Origin: Patescibacteria group bacterium
GTDB lineage: Bacteria; Patescibacteriota; Microgenomatia; UBA1400; PJMF01
Direction of reading: 5' to 3'
Length of the DNA stretch: 64,000 nt
NCBI GenBank assembly: GCA_041747555.1
Contig: JBGTEY010000013.1
Location: 16,814 to 80,813, forward strand
Below are positions 1 through 8,758 of this stretch, piece by piece. The translations under genes were made by a program, and so were the position numbers. Positions within the stretch are counted from its first letter, which is position 1; each line of letters opens with the position of its first letter. Below the pieces are notes generated by a model that worked only from the letters and a program-made list of their open reading frames with translations, was not told where the DNA came from and searched no databases.

Positions 1-139
1 TCCTAACCGCTAGACGATGGGGCCATCTAGAATTGACCATTATATCAGTTTCCCTCCCAATTCACTACCAATCCACAATATATGGTACGATAGAGGTACT
101 ATAACGGTAGGAAGAGTACCTCTTCAGATCAAGGACATC

Positions 140-661
140 ATGCCACAGCAAATTCTCGATCGATTGACAGATAAACAAGCGATGGATTTCATTAAATCAA
201 TCGAAAAACCATTCAAAGATTTACCTCACTTACCAGAAGCAATTCCGAGCATTTTGGTAAAAATCTCACCATGGTTGGCGCTTGTTGGCGGTGCGTTTGG
301 GCTGCTTGGTGCGTTGCAATCGATTTCATATGGAATTGGCGGCGGTACCGCGTACCAGCGAATATTTTCTGAGTTTGCTGGGTTACCTGCTTGGTATTTT
401 ATCGTTGTCGGGTTGTTGCAACTTGTATCGTCAGCGCTGCTTTTATTAGCGTTCAAGCACCTCAAGAACAGAACTACGACCGGATGGGTGTACCTATTTT
501 GGAATATGGCCCTTATGGTTGCACAATCACTCATCGGCATACTTGCTGGTTTGGGAGGTGTGGTTGGATTTGTGGTCGTGACCGCAATCAGCTACTATCT
601 CTTGTTTGAAATGAAGCCATTTTATGGAAAAACCTCAAAAGCAACGGAAGCTATGAATTAA
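140..661 (+). CDS. Polytopic membrane protein, unknown function; true start likely the internal ATG at 140
   Basis: Long ORF with 4-5 hydrophobic helices and GxxxG-rich segments. No recognisable catalytic motif. Confidence 0.35.
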   Translation: MPQQILDRLTDKQAMDFIKSIEKPFKDLPHLPEAIPSILVKISPWLALVGGAFGLLGALQSISYGIGGGTAYQRIFSEFAGLPAWYFIVVGLLQLVSSALLLLAFKHLKNRTTTGWVYLFWNMALMVAQSLIGILAGLGGVVGFVVVTAISYYLLFEMKPFYGKTSKATEAMN

Positions 662-663
662 CA

Positions 664-686
664 AACTTGCAAGTTTTTTTGATACG
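664..686 (+). terminator. Weak putative intrinsic terminator: palindrome AACTTGCAAGTT followed by a T7 run
   Basis: Perfect 12-nt palindrome then TTTTTTT directly after the stop of the upstream + ORF. Stem is AT-rich and short. Confidence 0.25.
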
Positions 687-946
687 TTCGTTTAGAAATT
701 GTAAATAAGATGGATACTACAGCTCGTTTCGAACGTAATATTTGATTAGCACCTGGACTTGATCGTTCTGTGCTAAGTTTGGTGGTTCTTGCTCTGCTAA
801 AATAAGGAGCTCATGAAATCCATCTTTAGAGAGAATTGATTCATCCCAATTTATGAGCGGTGTATATTGAACACGTGCAGATATGCCGAGTGCATCAGTC
901 CGCGCACTAACTCTTTGACAGTACCTATATCTTGAGCTACTAAGTT

Positions 947-1345
947 CTACTTTTGATCAAAATACCAAGCTACTTGTAGATCCCTTTTCACCTCACGGTC
1001 ATTGGCGTTTTCAAATAGTCGTACAGAAAGCTCGATAGTTTCATCAGGAGACTGGAGGTCAATTTGGTGGAGTGTATTGCGGGTGGGCTCGTTGAGTGGA
1101 AACGTAGACTCAGAGACCGTGATTGGTGTGCCAAATGCAGCTTCAAAATCTTGAGCGAATTGCTCCATCGTATCGCGTAACACGGTGACATGCTGATTCT
1201 TAGGTGTCGCCATCAAAATTTGCTGCAAATTAGAATCAACCATGAGTTTTTGCGTAAAGAATTCAGTAAAATTTGATCGTTGTTCTGCGCGCGGATGGGC
1301 AGGATTTGGTCGATCCATGCGTGCGAATGAGTCTGGTTCTACCAT
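947..1345 (-). CDS. Hypothetical protein, possible divergent member of the tandem paralog family
   Basis: C-terminal LQVAWYFDQK resembles the Y-x-I-x-F-E-I tail of the three downstream paralogs. Confidence 0.35.
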   Translation of the reverse strand: MVEPDSFARMDRPNPAHPRAEQRSNFTEFFTQKLMVDSNLQQILMATPKNQHVTVLRDTMEQFAQDFEAAFGTPITVSESTFPLNEPTRNTLHQIDLQSPDETIELSVRLFENANDREVKRDLQVAWYFDQK

Positions 1346-1471
1346 AGGGGGATCCTTCTTGAGTCACTGGTACAGTTGTATGTACTGTACAACACTCTTT
1401 GAAGAAAAAAAAGATTTGAGTACAATGAGGCCTGCGGCAAGTCTGTGCAATGCCTCACCTTTCAGTCTGAT

Positions 1472-1990
1472 TTATTGCTCAATAACATCTAGAGAGCGCA
1501 CAAATAGAATTGGCATATCGTCATATTTCAAAAATTCATTTTCATCGAGATCTGGACCAAGTGTATCTCGCAATTCCTGCTCTGTCAGCTCGCGCACGGT
1601 GCCCGTGACTTCAACAATTGCACTATCACCAAGTCCGAGTTGAGCATCAGTTGTATCCTGCGGTGGGCTAAATGGCTGTTCAGAAAAGACGATTATCCCC
1701 TTATTTGCAATCGATAAGTCCTGCACTTCAAGGATAAAGGCTTGTTTGGTCACCCAAGCCTCCACTTCACCAACAACGATAACTTCTGTGTCGTCAAATA
1801 CCTGCGGAGCATCAGCAATATCCCCAACTGATACGATGTCTTCTTTGTCAGTTGTTGTAAGCTTTGCTGTATCAGGCTCTTTGGGTGTAAGGGTTGGCAT
1901 ATTGAACGCCGACACAATCACAAAAACGGTAAAGAAAATACCGGCCAGAGCGAGCAGAATTATAAATGTGTTTTTTACCATACGGTCCAA
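1472..1990 (-). CDS. Hypothetical membrane-anchored or secreted protein
   Basis: N-terminal hydrophobic helix (ILLALAGIFFTVFVIV), then an acidic beta-rich domain. Confidence 0.4.
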   Translation of the reverse strand: MDRMVKNTFIILLALAGIFFTVFVIVSAFNMPTLTPKEPDTAKLTTTDKEDIVSVGDIADAPQVFDDTEVIVVGEVEAWVTKQAFILEVQDLSIANKGIIVFSEQPFSPPQDTTDAQLGLGDSAIVEVTGTVRELTEQELRDTLGPDLDENEFLKYDDMPILFVRSLDVIEQ

Positions 1991-2104
1991 TATACCAATT
2001 GCTATGAAGTAGTGATGATAAGAATATGATAATTCAAGAGACCATACCTTACGTGACAGATTGGTAAGGGTTGTGTAAGAAGAGCGAGGTAGTATGAAAT
2101 CAAA

Positions 2105-2419
2105 TTAGTATTGTTTTTTAAATGCTGCTTCCAACCCAGTTATTGTCTGAACCAATGGCAAAAGCAGATCTTTTTGTGCAGGTGGTGCGACTTTATAAAG
2201 GGTCATAACCTCAATACGAGCTGTTTTAAGGCAATTACCAATATATTTGCCAAGCATCTCTGCGAGTCTTGGCGGGTTATTGGGCTCAGTAATGTCTGCA
2301 TGGAGTTTCGTCACAATCACCATCATCTCAGCCAAACTGTCTTCATCAGTTGGAATAGGTGTTTCTGGGGGTACAAGCTTGACGTAGGCGAGACTCGAGT
2401 GGAGTTCCATCATCAGCAT
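2105..2419 (-). CDS. Hypothetical protein
   Basis: ORF only. The track start at 2494 overlaps the upstream gene, so the internal Met is more likely. Confidence 0.3.
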   Translation of the reverse strand: MLMMELHSSLAYVKLVPPETPIPTDEDSLAEMMVIVTKLHADITEPNNPPRLAEMLGKYIGNCLKTARIEVMTLYKVAPPAQKDLLLPLVQTITGLEAAFKKQY

Positions 2420-2450
2420 TGATATCGCAATCCAGAACGCTGCTTCGGAA

Positions 2451-2966
2451 TTATCGGGGCGTTGGGTTTTGGCTTCGAGCAATTGATTGATCATGGATTT
2501 CGAAGGATATTTGATAAGTTGGAGTAATTTGATCTTGATTTGGAATTAGAGACACATAGAAATACGCTGCGTACTGCGTGCCATCGGGCGTCGGGTGGGA
2601 ATACAGGTAGGGCGGAATGTCTGCAGTATAGTAACAATTTGTATTAGCGAGCGCGGTACCTGGTTCATTCTGTCTGAACTCGATGTTGAATCGTGAGGCT
2701 GACGGCATTTGAGGAACATACGCTTCTAAAAGCTGATCAATTGCTATTGTTTCTTGGGGTGAAAAAAGAAATTGCTGTTGGATACCGTCTGTGTGGACAA
2801 GCGCGAAGAGATCTGCAAGGAGCTGCTGCAGTGTGTGCTCATGACGCAAGAGATGTTCTGGGTGGGCAGCGGGAGGGGCTTTACGGGAAGGATCTGACTC
2901 TGGGGGCTCAGTAGGTTTGAGTCTTAATCGTGATTTCTTGGTGGCTATTTCAAGAGTTTGTATCAT
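2451..2966 (-). CDS. Hypothetical protein, tandem paralog family member 1
   Basis: C-terminal GTQYAAYFYVSLIP...YQISFEIHDQS aligns with the ORFs at 3029-3622 and 3742-4278. Confidence 0.45.
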   Translation of the reverse strand: MIQTLEIATKKSRLRLKPTEPPESDPSRKAPPAAHPEHLLRHEHTLQQLLADLFALVHTDGIQQQFLFSPQETIAIDQLLEAYVPQMPSASRFNIEFRQNEPGTALANTNCYYTADIPPYLYSHPTPDGTQYAAYFYVSLIPNQDQITPTYQISFEIHDQSIARSQNPTPR

Positions 2967-3028
2967 TGACAGTTTTTTGGTGCTGTATTATGAGTGTATC
3001 ATAGGTATTTTGTTATGGGTTGACTGGA

Positions 3029-3622
3029 TTATTTGCTTGGTGGTGCGGGATTTGTTCTCTTGAATCGTTCTCTCATTGTTGGCAAATGTTCGTGGATTTC
3101 AAAGGCGATAGTGTACTTACCTTTGTACTCTGGATCTGTAGTGTCTTTATTCTTAATGTTGCCCGGGGTGTGGATGATGTAAAAACGTGCTTCCCACTGA
3201 TATCCGTTATGATCTCTTGATGTGAGAATCGGGCTGGTGTCAGTAACGAGCACGCCTTCATTCTTCAATGAATTCACTGACCAACTAAACTGAAAATTAA
3301 CAAATTTTTTGTCTTCTCTCAGCTTTGCAACCATAGGCTCAAAGAGATTGTAGACAGGATCGATGTAGTCGGGAGAAAACCAGAGTTTGTGGCTAAATTT
3401 CTCATCGGTACAGAATGCGTCAATAGTGTCGACGAGGTAGTGGACGAATAGTTTGTTGAGTGTAAAGCGTTCTTGAGGACCAGATTCATTTGCAAAGTTA
3501 TCACTTAAAATTTTGAGTAGTGCATCAGGAGAGACGCCCATGGCTGCAGTGGCACGGATGGCTTCTACTTCAGGGTCGAGAATCGGTGTGGGGGTTGCTA
3601 TTGCTTCGTGTGTTTTTGCCAT
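3029..3622 (-). CDS. Hypothetical protein, tandem paralog family member 2
   Basis: GYQWEARFYIIHTP...YTIAFEIHEH tail. N-terminal PEVEAIRATA resembles PELEAIAITA in the next paralog. Confidence 0.45.
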   Translation of the reverse strand: MAKTHEAIATPTPILDPEVEAIRATAAMGVSPDALLKILSDNFANESGPQERFTLNKLFVHYLVDTIDAFCTDEKFSHKLWFSPDYIDPVYNLFEPMVAKLREDKKFVNFQFSWSVNSLKNEGVLVTDTSPILTSRDHNGYQWEARFYIIHTPGNIKNKDTTDPEYKGKYTIAFEIHEHLPTMRERFKRTNPAPPSK

Positions 3623-3741
3623 AGCTTAGATGCTATTTATTGTCTATAGTAATTATTATAGCATATTTATGATGATTGGAAGATTTTTGAACTAATTTGA
3701 CTTGTGTTGGTGTAATTTTATTCGTCAAAAACCGAAGCGAT

Positions 3742-4278
3742 TTACATCACTTCAAAATCGTGATCAAATTCATCGTTGGCATTGGGTTGAACAGTAGCAT
3801 CATCATCTGGTTCAACTTCTACAATAAAATAGGTAATTTCGTACTGAGCTTTTTGTGTAGCAGTGCCACGTTTAAAGACAATGAAAAATTGAGCTCGATA
3901 CTGAAAACCGTCTTTTGGCTTAGATCTAATGCTTATGCGAGTTTCGTTATTGAGAATAGTAAGTGGTGCCGTTTCTAGCTGAAATGCGTTCACTTTTTTG
4001 ACAACTCTTATTTCAAGGTTTTCTTCATCAACGCTGAGACCATGTGCGAGATTAGCCAGAATATTTCCTATTCGATTATCTAAGGTGTTAAATGAGATGA
4101 GATTATCGAAGGGAGTAAGTATTCTAGTTATTGAGTCCTGAATTTGTTCAGCTACCAGATAGTTGGGTGTAGCTCGTTTTTCGAGTTTGACGAGCTCTTT
4201 TAGGGCCGTTATTGCTATTGCTTCAAGTTCGGGAAATCTGGATGTGTCTAGGCCTTCGTGCTGTATTTCTTTGTTCAT
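3742..4278 (-). CDS. Hypothetical protein, tandem paralog family member 3
   Basis: GFQYRAQFFIVFKRG...YEITYFIVEVEP tail. Shared N-terminal motif with 3029-3622. Confidence 0.45.
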   Translation of the reverse strand: MNKEIQHEGLDTSRFPELEAIAITALKELVKLEKRATPNYLVAEQIQDSITRILTPFDNLISFNTLDNRIGNILANLAHGLSVDEENLEIRVVKKVNAFQLETAPLTILNNETRISIRSKPKDGFQYRAQFFIVFKRGTATQKAQYEITYFIVEVEPDDDATVQPNANDEFDHDFEVM

Positions 4279-4346
4279 ATAATTAAGTATGGCTTATAGT
4301 AATATAGTATATCATTAATTTGAATGAAGTGAGATTCAAGAGAAGA

Positions 4347-5927
4347 CTACTCAATTATAATGTCAGGTTGCGTCTTAATCTTATACACCTGCACGCTCTC
4401 ACCCTCCCAAACGACCTCGTGGTCCCAGTTCCAGTATTGTTTGCCTTTCATTTCTCGGGCAAGCCAGTCTGAACCGCGGTTCATGTCGATGATGATCCAG
4501 TCTGCGTAGCGAGCGGGGCGGTCCAATGCTTCATCCCAGTATTTGCCGGCGCCTTCGTGGATGTAGGTGCGGTAGGGGAAACCCATGAGGAACATTTGGT
4601 CTTCGAAGCCGGAGGCGGAGATGAGGATTTTGCCGCCGTTGTAGTTTTGTTGCATGAAGTGGACTAAATCACTATCTGGTTTTGGATAAATTTGTCTAGG
4701 TATTTCATACATTGGAGAGAATTGAGGATTGAAGTGGTTTAACAATTGCACCGAGAACAGCATAAAGAAAAGAATGTTGAGGTATTTTATTTTGAAAACA
4801 TACACAGTAAGGAGAGCCACCCAGGGTAAAAGTAAGATTCCATAGCGAATATTAAAGCCAGTGCTCAAACTTGTATCCACAGAAAGGATATTGATAAAAG
4901 TTAAAAAAGGTTGAACAATCGGTGTATTTCTCTGCAAAGTCAGAACCATGACTAAGAAAATAGAGAGTGGTAAGCCGAGTACCAGAAATGTCAAGCTTTT
5001 CTTGCGAATTGACTCGATGCCTGCAAGAACGAAGCCAATGAGTGCTGTGCCCACGGGGATGATTCCGGACATCCAGGAGATGGAGGTGAAGTATTGCCAG
5101 ACTGCGGCGAGGAAGGGTTTGGCTTGGGAGTATCCTTGCACAACTCCATCACTAGTGACTTTTTCTGTAGCGTAATAGTTTATCCAAAAAAGAGGATCAT
5201 TAAATATTGCCGTCAAATAAAGTGTCCACAATGCAAATCCTAAACCTGCTACAAAAATGTAAAGTATTATATCTCCTTCAATTTTTCTCCAGTTTATCTT
5301 GTAGTGTTGAAAAGTTGATACTATAAGTACCAATAGAATAGACCCTAATAGATATGCTAAAGCTTCATAACGGATTAGGGTCAAAGAGGAGACTGCAAAT
5401 GCAGCATAAACTAAGTATCTACGCATTTTTGTGATTGTCCACTTGAGAAATCCATATGTACTCACAGAAAGAAGTGCAACAAAAATGGCTTCTGACATCG
5501 CTGTAGTTTGAAGGTAGAGCATGTTAATATTTAAAGCATAAACAGTGACAGATAGCAGTGATGCTACCTTATTTTTAGATAATAAAAATGCTGATTTGTA
5601 GAGAAAAAATCCTCCGACAATATATGACAACATAGACATTATTGCGCCAGCCATACCAGTTCTCCACATCCAGTCATTCCATATAAAAGGCAACATCAGT
5701 AGTTGAGGAAGTGGAAGCCAGACCGATCCTAGTTGGGCCATACCTGGGTTGAGGTTATCAATAAGTTTTCGTGATAAGTTGAGACGTGCTACTGCGTCAG
5801 CGTATGGGATATTCAGTCCAGTTTGAAAAAAGTGGTATGTCGCTATCAATGAACATGAAAATAATAATCCAAGAAGAACTATTTCGACAGTTATTACTTG
5901 ATTAAATTTATGAATCTGTCTTTTCAC
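4347..5927 (-). CDS. Putative GT-C fold membrane glycosyltransferase (PMT/ArnT-like), about 12 TM helices plus a C-terminal soluble domain
   Basis: Polytopic topology. N-terminal loop YADAVARLNLSRK...WLPLPQLLMLPF resembles the GT-C acidic loop region. The C-terminal roughly 100-aa domain is hydrophilic. Confidence 0.45.
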   Translation of the reverse strand: MKRQIHKFNQVITVEIVLLGLLFSCSLIATYHFFQTGLNIPYADAVARLNLSRKLIDNLNPGMAQLGSVWLPLPQLLMLPFIWNDWMWRTGMAGAIMSMLSYIVGGFFLYKSAFLLSKNKVASLLSVTVYALNINMLYLQTTAMSEAIFVALLSVSTYGFLKWTITKMRRYLVYAAFAVSSLTLIRYEALAYLLGSILLVLIVSTFQHYKINWRKIEGDIILYIFVAGLGFALWTLYLTAIFNDPLFWINYYATEKVTSDGVVQGYSQAKPFLAAVWQYFTSISWMSGIIPVGTALIGFVLAGIESIRKKSLTFLVLGLPLSIFLVMVLTLQRNTPIVQPFLTFINILSVDTSLSTGFNIRYGILLLPWVALLTVYVFKIKYLNILFFMLFSVQLLNHFNPQFSPMYEIPRQIYPKPDSDLVHFMQQNYNGGKILISASGFEDQMFLMGFPYRTYIHEGAGKYWDEALDRPARYADWIIIDMNRGSDWLAREMKGKQYWNWDHEVVWEGESVQVYKIKTQPDIIIE

Positions 5928-6042
5928 GATATGAATTATTTTTCACTACTATTAAGTCTATATGCGTTCATTGTGACACACCCCGAGGACATTTGAAACA
6001 CTATCAAACAAAAATCTAACTCCTAGAATGATATTGTGAAAA

Positions 6043-7008
6043 CTAGTATGTTTTGTTTCCTAACATTTTTGCGTAATGGCTTTTCTGACTCCATGCTTCA
6101 AAAAACTCTCTATTTTTACCATAATTATTATCAACTACAACATTTTTTTTGTGCAAAATTTCAGCTAAAATGTGTCCATGCAGCCGAGTTGTGAAGGTCG
6201 TATCGTACTTGCACAAAAAATTTACTGCTTCGTCAATTAAGGCTTGCCTATTATGCAATTTGACTAATCCGAACACATCATGCTTCTCTTTCCAATGTAA
6301 ACCAAAAAGTTTCAATACATGTAGTATCGCTATGTTGATAATTAACGCCACATTATGAGCAACTGAGGTTTTCCAATGATTTTCAAAACTAGGCCAATCT
6401 GAAACGTCTACGTGTCTTAATAGCTCCTGCAAGTGAATGTTATCTATGGAGCTCTCTTTGTCAGCTCGCTGGAGCAGAAGAACTTTCTTGGTAGGGGGAT
6501 TGTTGCAGCGTAATTTTCGAATTCCAAACGCAGCATCAGGTAAGCATAAAATTTTATTTTTACTAAAATGTTTCATAAAAATATCTAAGGACCTAAAATC
6601 ACGCGCACATAAGGTAAGGTTGTCATGCTTGGCATAAATGTTCGCACTTATTTCCAGTTGCCTTGCATCTTGGAAATGCACTGTCTGCGGTAACATCACA
6701 ATTTTATTATTTCTAAATTCCTCAGCAATCATTCTTCTAAACTCCTCGTGTTTAGGATATAGATCACCCATGTTCCCCCCCCCATGCATGAGGATGCAAT
6801 CATCTGCTTTTATTTTATTAGCGTTGAAAAAATACCGTGAAGATTCGTATCTAGGATATTTGTTTAGCGCCGCTAATAATTCTAGTTCACCTTGATAAAT
6901 GAGCTGGTCTCCAGAATTTGCGTGATTAGGTAGGTCGAGTAGAACAACTTCTCTATTGCCAATTTCTGTGTGGAGCGAATCTAGTAATAATTGTCGATAT
7001 TTATGCAT
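6043..7008 (-). CDS. Polysaccharide pyruvyl transferase-like protein (CsaB/WcaK family)
   Basis: N-terminal HANSGDQLI (N-x-GD motif) and GGGNMGD. Size about 320 aa. Embedded in a glycosyltransferase cluster. Confidence 0.45.
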   Translation of the reverse strand: MHKYRQLLLDSLHTEIGNREVVLLDLPNHANSGDQLIYQGELELLAALNKYPRYESSRYFFNANKIKADDCILMHGGGNMGDLYPKHEEFRRMIAEEFRNNKIVMLPQTVHFQDARQLEISANIYAKHDNLTLCARDFRSLDIFMKHFSKNKILCLPDAAFGIRKLRCNNPPTKKVLLLQRADKESSIDNIHLQELLRHVDVSDWPSFENHWKTSVAHNVALIINIAILHVLKLFGLHWKEKHDVFGLVKLHNRQALIDEAVNFLCKYDTTFTTRLHGHILAEILHKKNVVVDNNYGKNREFFEAWSQKSHYAKMLGNKTY

Positions 7009-7023
7009 TATTTAATATGTATT

Positions 7024-7845
7024 CTATTTATACCCGCGAATAACTCTTCGATAAAAATTTGATAATTTAGTAGAGACTGTTTTTGGAATAAGTAGTCTTA
7101 GATTCCAGAGGAAAATTCCAATCCACGCTTTTGGGTATTCTGATTTATACTTCAGCACAATTGTTATACTATTTTGAATCTGCTGTTTTTTATTTTTTTG
7201 ACTAATACCTTCATTGGAGTATCTATACTGGACCATGGAAAGTGGAATGTTTGCAATTTTTCCGATTTTCCCCATCCTCAACCAAAGATCGTAGTCTTCA
7301 GCAAATTTTAAATCTTCAGAGTAGGCGCCCAATTCCATTGCAGCTTTCTTACGAAAAAGCACTGAGCTATGAACAAAGCAATTTTCAATGAGAATATATT
7401 TACGGATCTCATCATCATCAGTAGGGTATGTAAGATTATCAATTATTTTTCCAGATTCATCAATTCTTTGTGCAAACGTACCTACAAGTATATGATTCTT
7501 ATTCTTTATTAAAAACTGTACTTGTTTTGATAATTTGTTTTTATCATTCCAGATGTCGTCACCATCTATTCTTGCGATCAAACTACCATTTGCAGATTTT
7601 AATCCAATGTTAAGGGATTTAACGATACCTTGGTTTTCTTTATTCAATATGTATTTAACTTTTGAATTATTTTCTATAGTTTTATTAATAAGCTCATTCG
7701 AGTTATCAGTGGATGCATCATCAATGATTATCAATTCCCAATTTTCATACGATTGCGACAGTACACTTTCGAGTGATTTAACAATATGTGAAGCATCGTT
7801 ATAAGTAGGTAGGAGTATTGAGACTAGAGGTTTTTGCGAGTTCAT
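7024..7845 (-). CDS. Family 2 glycosyltransferase
   Basis: VSILLPTYNDASHIVKSLESVLSQSYENWELIIIDDASTDNS is a canonical GT2 N-terminus, with DGDD further on. Confidence 0.8.
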   Translation of the reverse strand: MNSQKPLVSILLPTYNDASHIVKSLESVLSQSYENWELIIIDDASTDNSNELINKTIENNSKVKYILNKENQGIVKSLNIGLKSANGSLIARIDGDDIWNDKNKLSKQVQFLIKNKNHILVGTFAQRIDESGKIIDNLTYPTDDDEIRKYILIENCFVHSSVLFRKKAAMELGAYSEDLKFAEDYDLWLRMGKIGKIANIPLSMVQYRYSNEGISQKNKKQQIQNSITIVLKYKSEYPKAWIGIFLWNLRLLIPKTVSTKLSNFYRRVIRGYK

Positions 7846-7858
7846 GGCTAGAGTTTTT

Positions 7859-8743
7859 CTAAAATTTCTTTGTTGATTTAGCAATATCCCAAATATACGG
7901 ATTCACTTTTTTCACACGAATATCAAAGCGACCAATGAGATTTACCAGTATTTCCACAGAAATTGCACCAAATAACCAAATAAGTTCCTTAAAGCCTCCT
8001 ATTTGGAAATCAAAAAGTAGCAATCGAACCGTTGATTTGGTCATATTGTCAATTTTAATCTCCTCCTCTTGATGCAACCTACAATGCCCATTAAAAATCC
8101 TCCGCCGCTGCATAACAATATCACCCAAAGACTCCGCCCCTTTATTCCACACCTTCGCCTCATCAACATGCACAATTTTGTATCCCAACTGCACCATCTT
8201 CGCCTGGATAAACGCCTCATCCACCGCCGTGGTCACCGAAATCTCTGGCAACACATTCCGATAGGCAATAATCTCCCCAAATCGGGGAATATTCCGATGA
8301 AACCACCACCACGTGTGCACCACATACCCCAGGAACGTATTCTTATCGTTCACTGGATGCGGCGCACCACCGGTCATACCGATTTTTTTATCTTTTAGGA
8401 ATGGCAAACACAATAATTCAATGGTATCAGGCTCACAAATCGTGTCTGTACTCTGAATCACAACCACTTCATGATCAACCACCTTGAGAAATGAATTGAT
8501 CGCAGAGGCTTTGCCTAACCGTTCCTTTTGCTTGATAAGCGAAATTCTAGAATCCTTGGCAATAAATGACTTAACAATCTCATTGGTCCCATCAGTCGAG
8601 GCAGAGGAGACCACGATAATCTTATCAATCACAATCCTATCAGTCTTCTGGGCCAGGAGACTCTCAAGCAACTTCCCAATATTCGCCTCCTCATTATAGG
8701 CAGGCAAACACAGAGCGACTGAAAGTTTTTGTGTGTTCGGCAT
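7859..8743 (-). CDS. Family 2 glycosyltransferase
   Basis: LCLPAYNEEANIGKLLESLLAQ...VVSSASTDGT GT2 signature. Confidence 0.8.
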   Translation of the reverse strand: MPNTQKLSVALCLPAYNEEANIGKLLESLLAQKTDRIVIDKIIVVSSASTDGTNEIVKSFIAKDSRISLIKQKERLGKASAINSFLKVVDHEVVVIQSTDTICEPDTIELLCLPFLKDKKIGMTGGAPHPVNDKNTFLGYVVHTWWWFHRNIPRFGEIIAYRNVLPEISVTTAVDEAFIQAKMVQLGYKIVHVDEAKVWNKGAESLGDIVMQRRRIFNGHCRLHQEEEIKIDNMTKSTVRLLLFDFQIGGFKELIWLFGAISVEILVNLIGRFDIRVKKVNPYIWDIAKSTKKF

Positions 8744-8758
8744 GAAAAATCCCACTCT

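Noticed and set aside
1242-1643. 133-aa plus-strand ORF spanning the gap between two minus-strand genes
   Set aside because: It overlaps both neighbouring minus-strand ORFs and is Ser/Cys-rich and low-complexity. Most likely a frame shadow.
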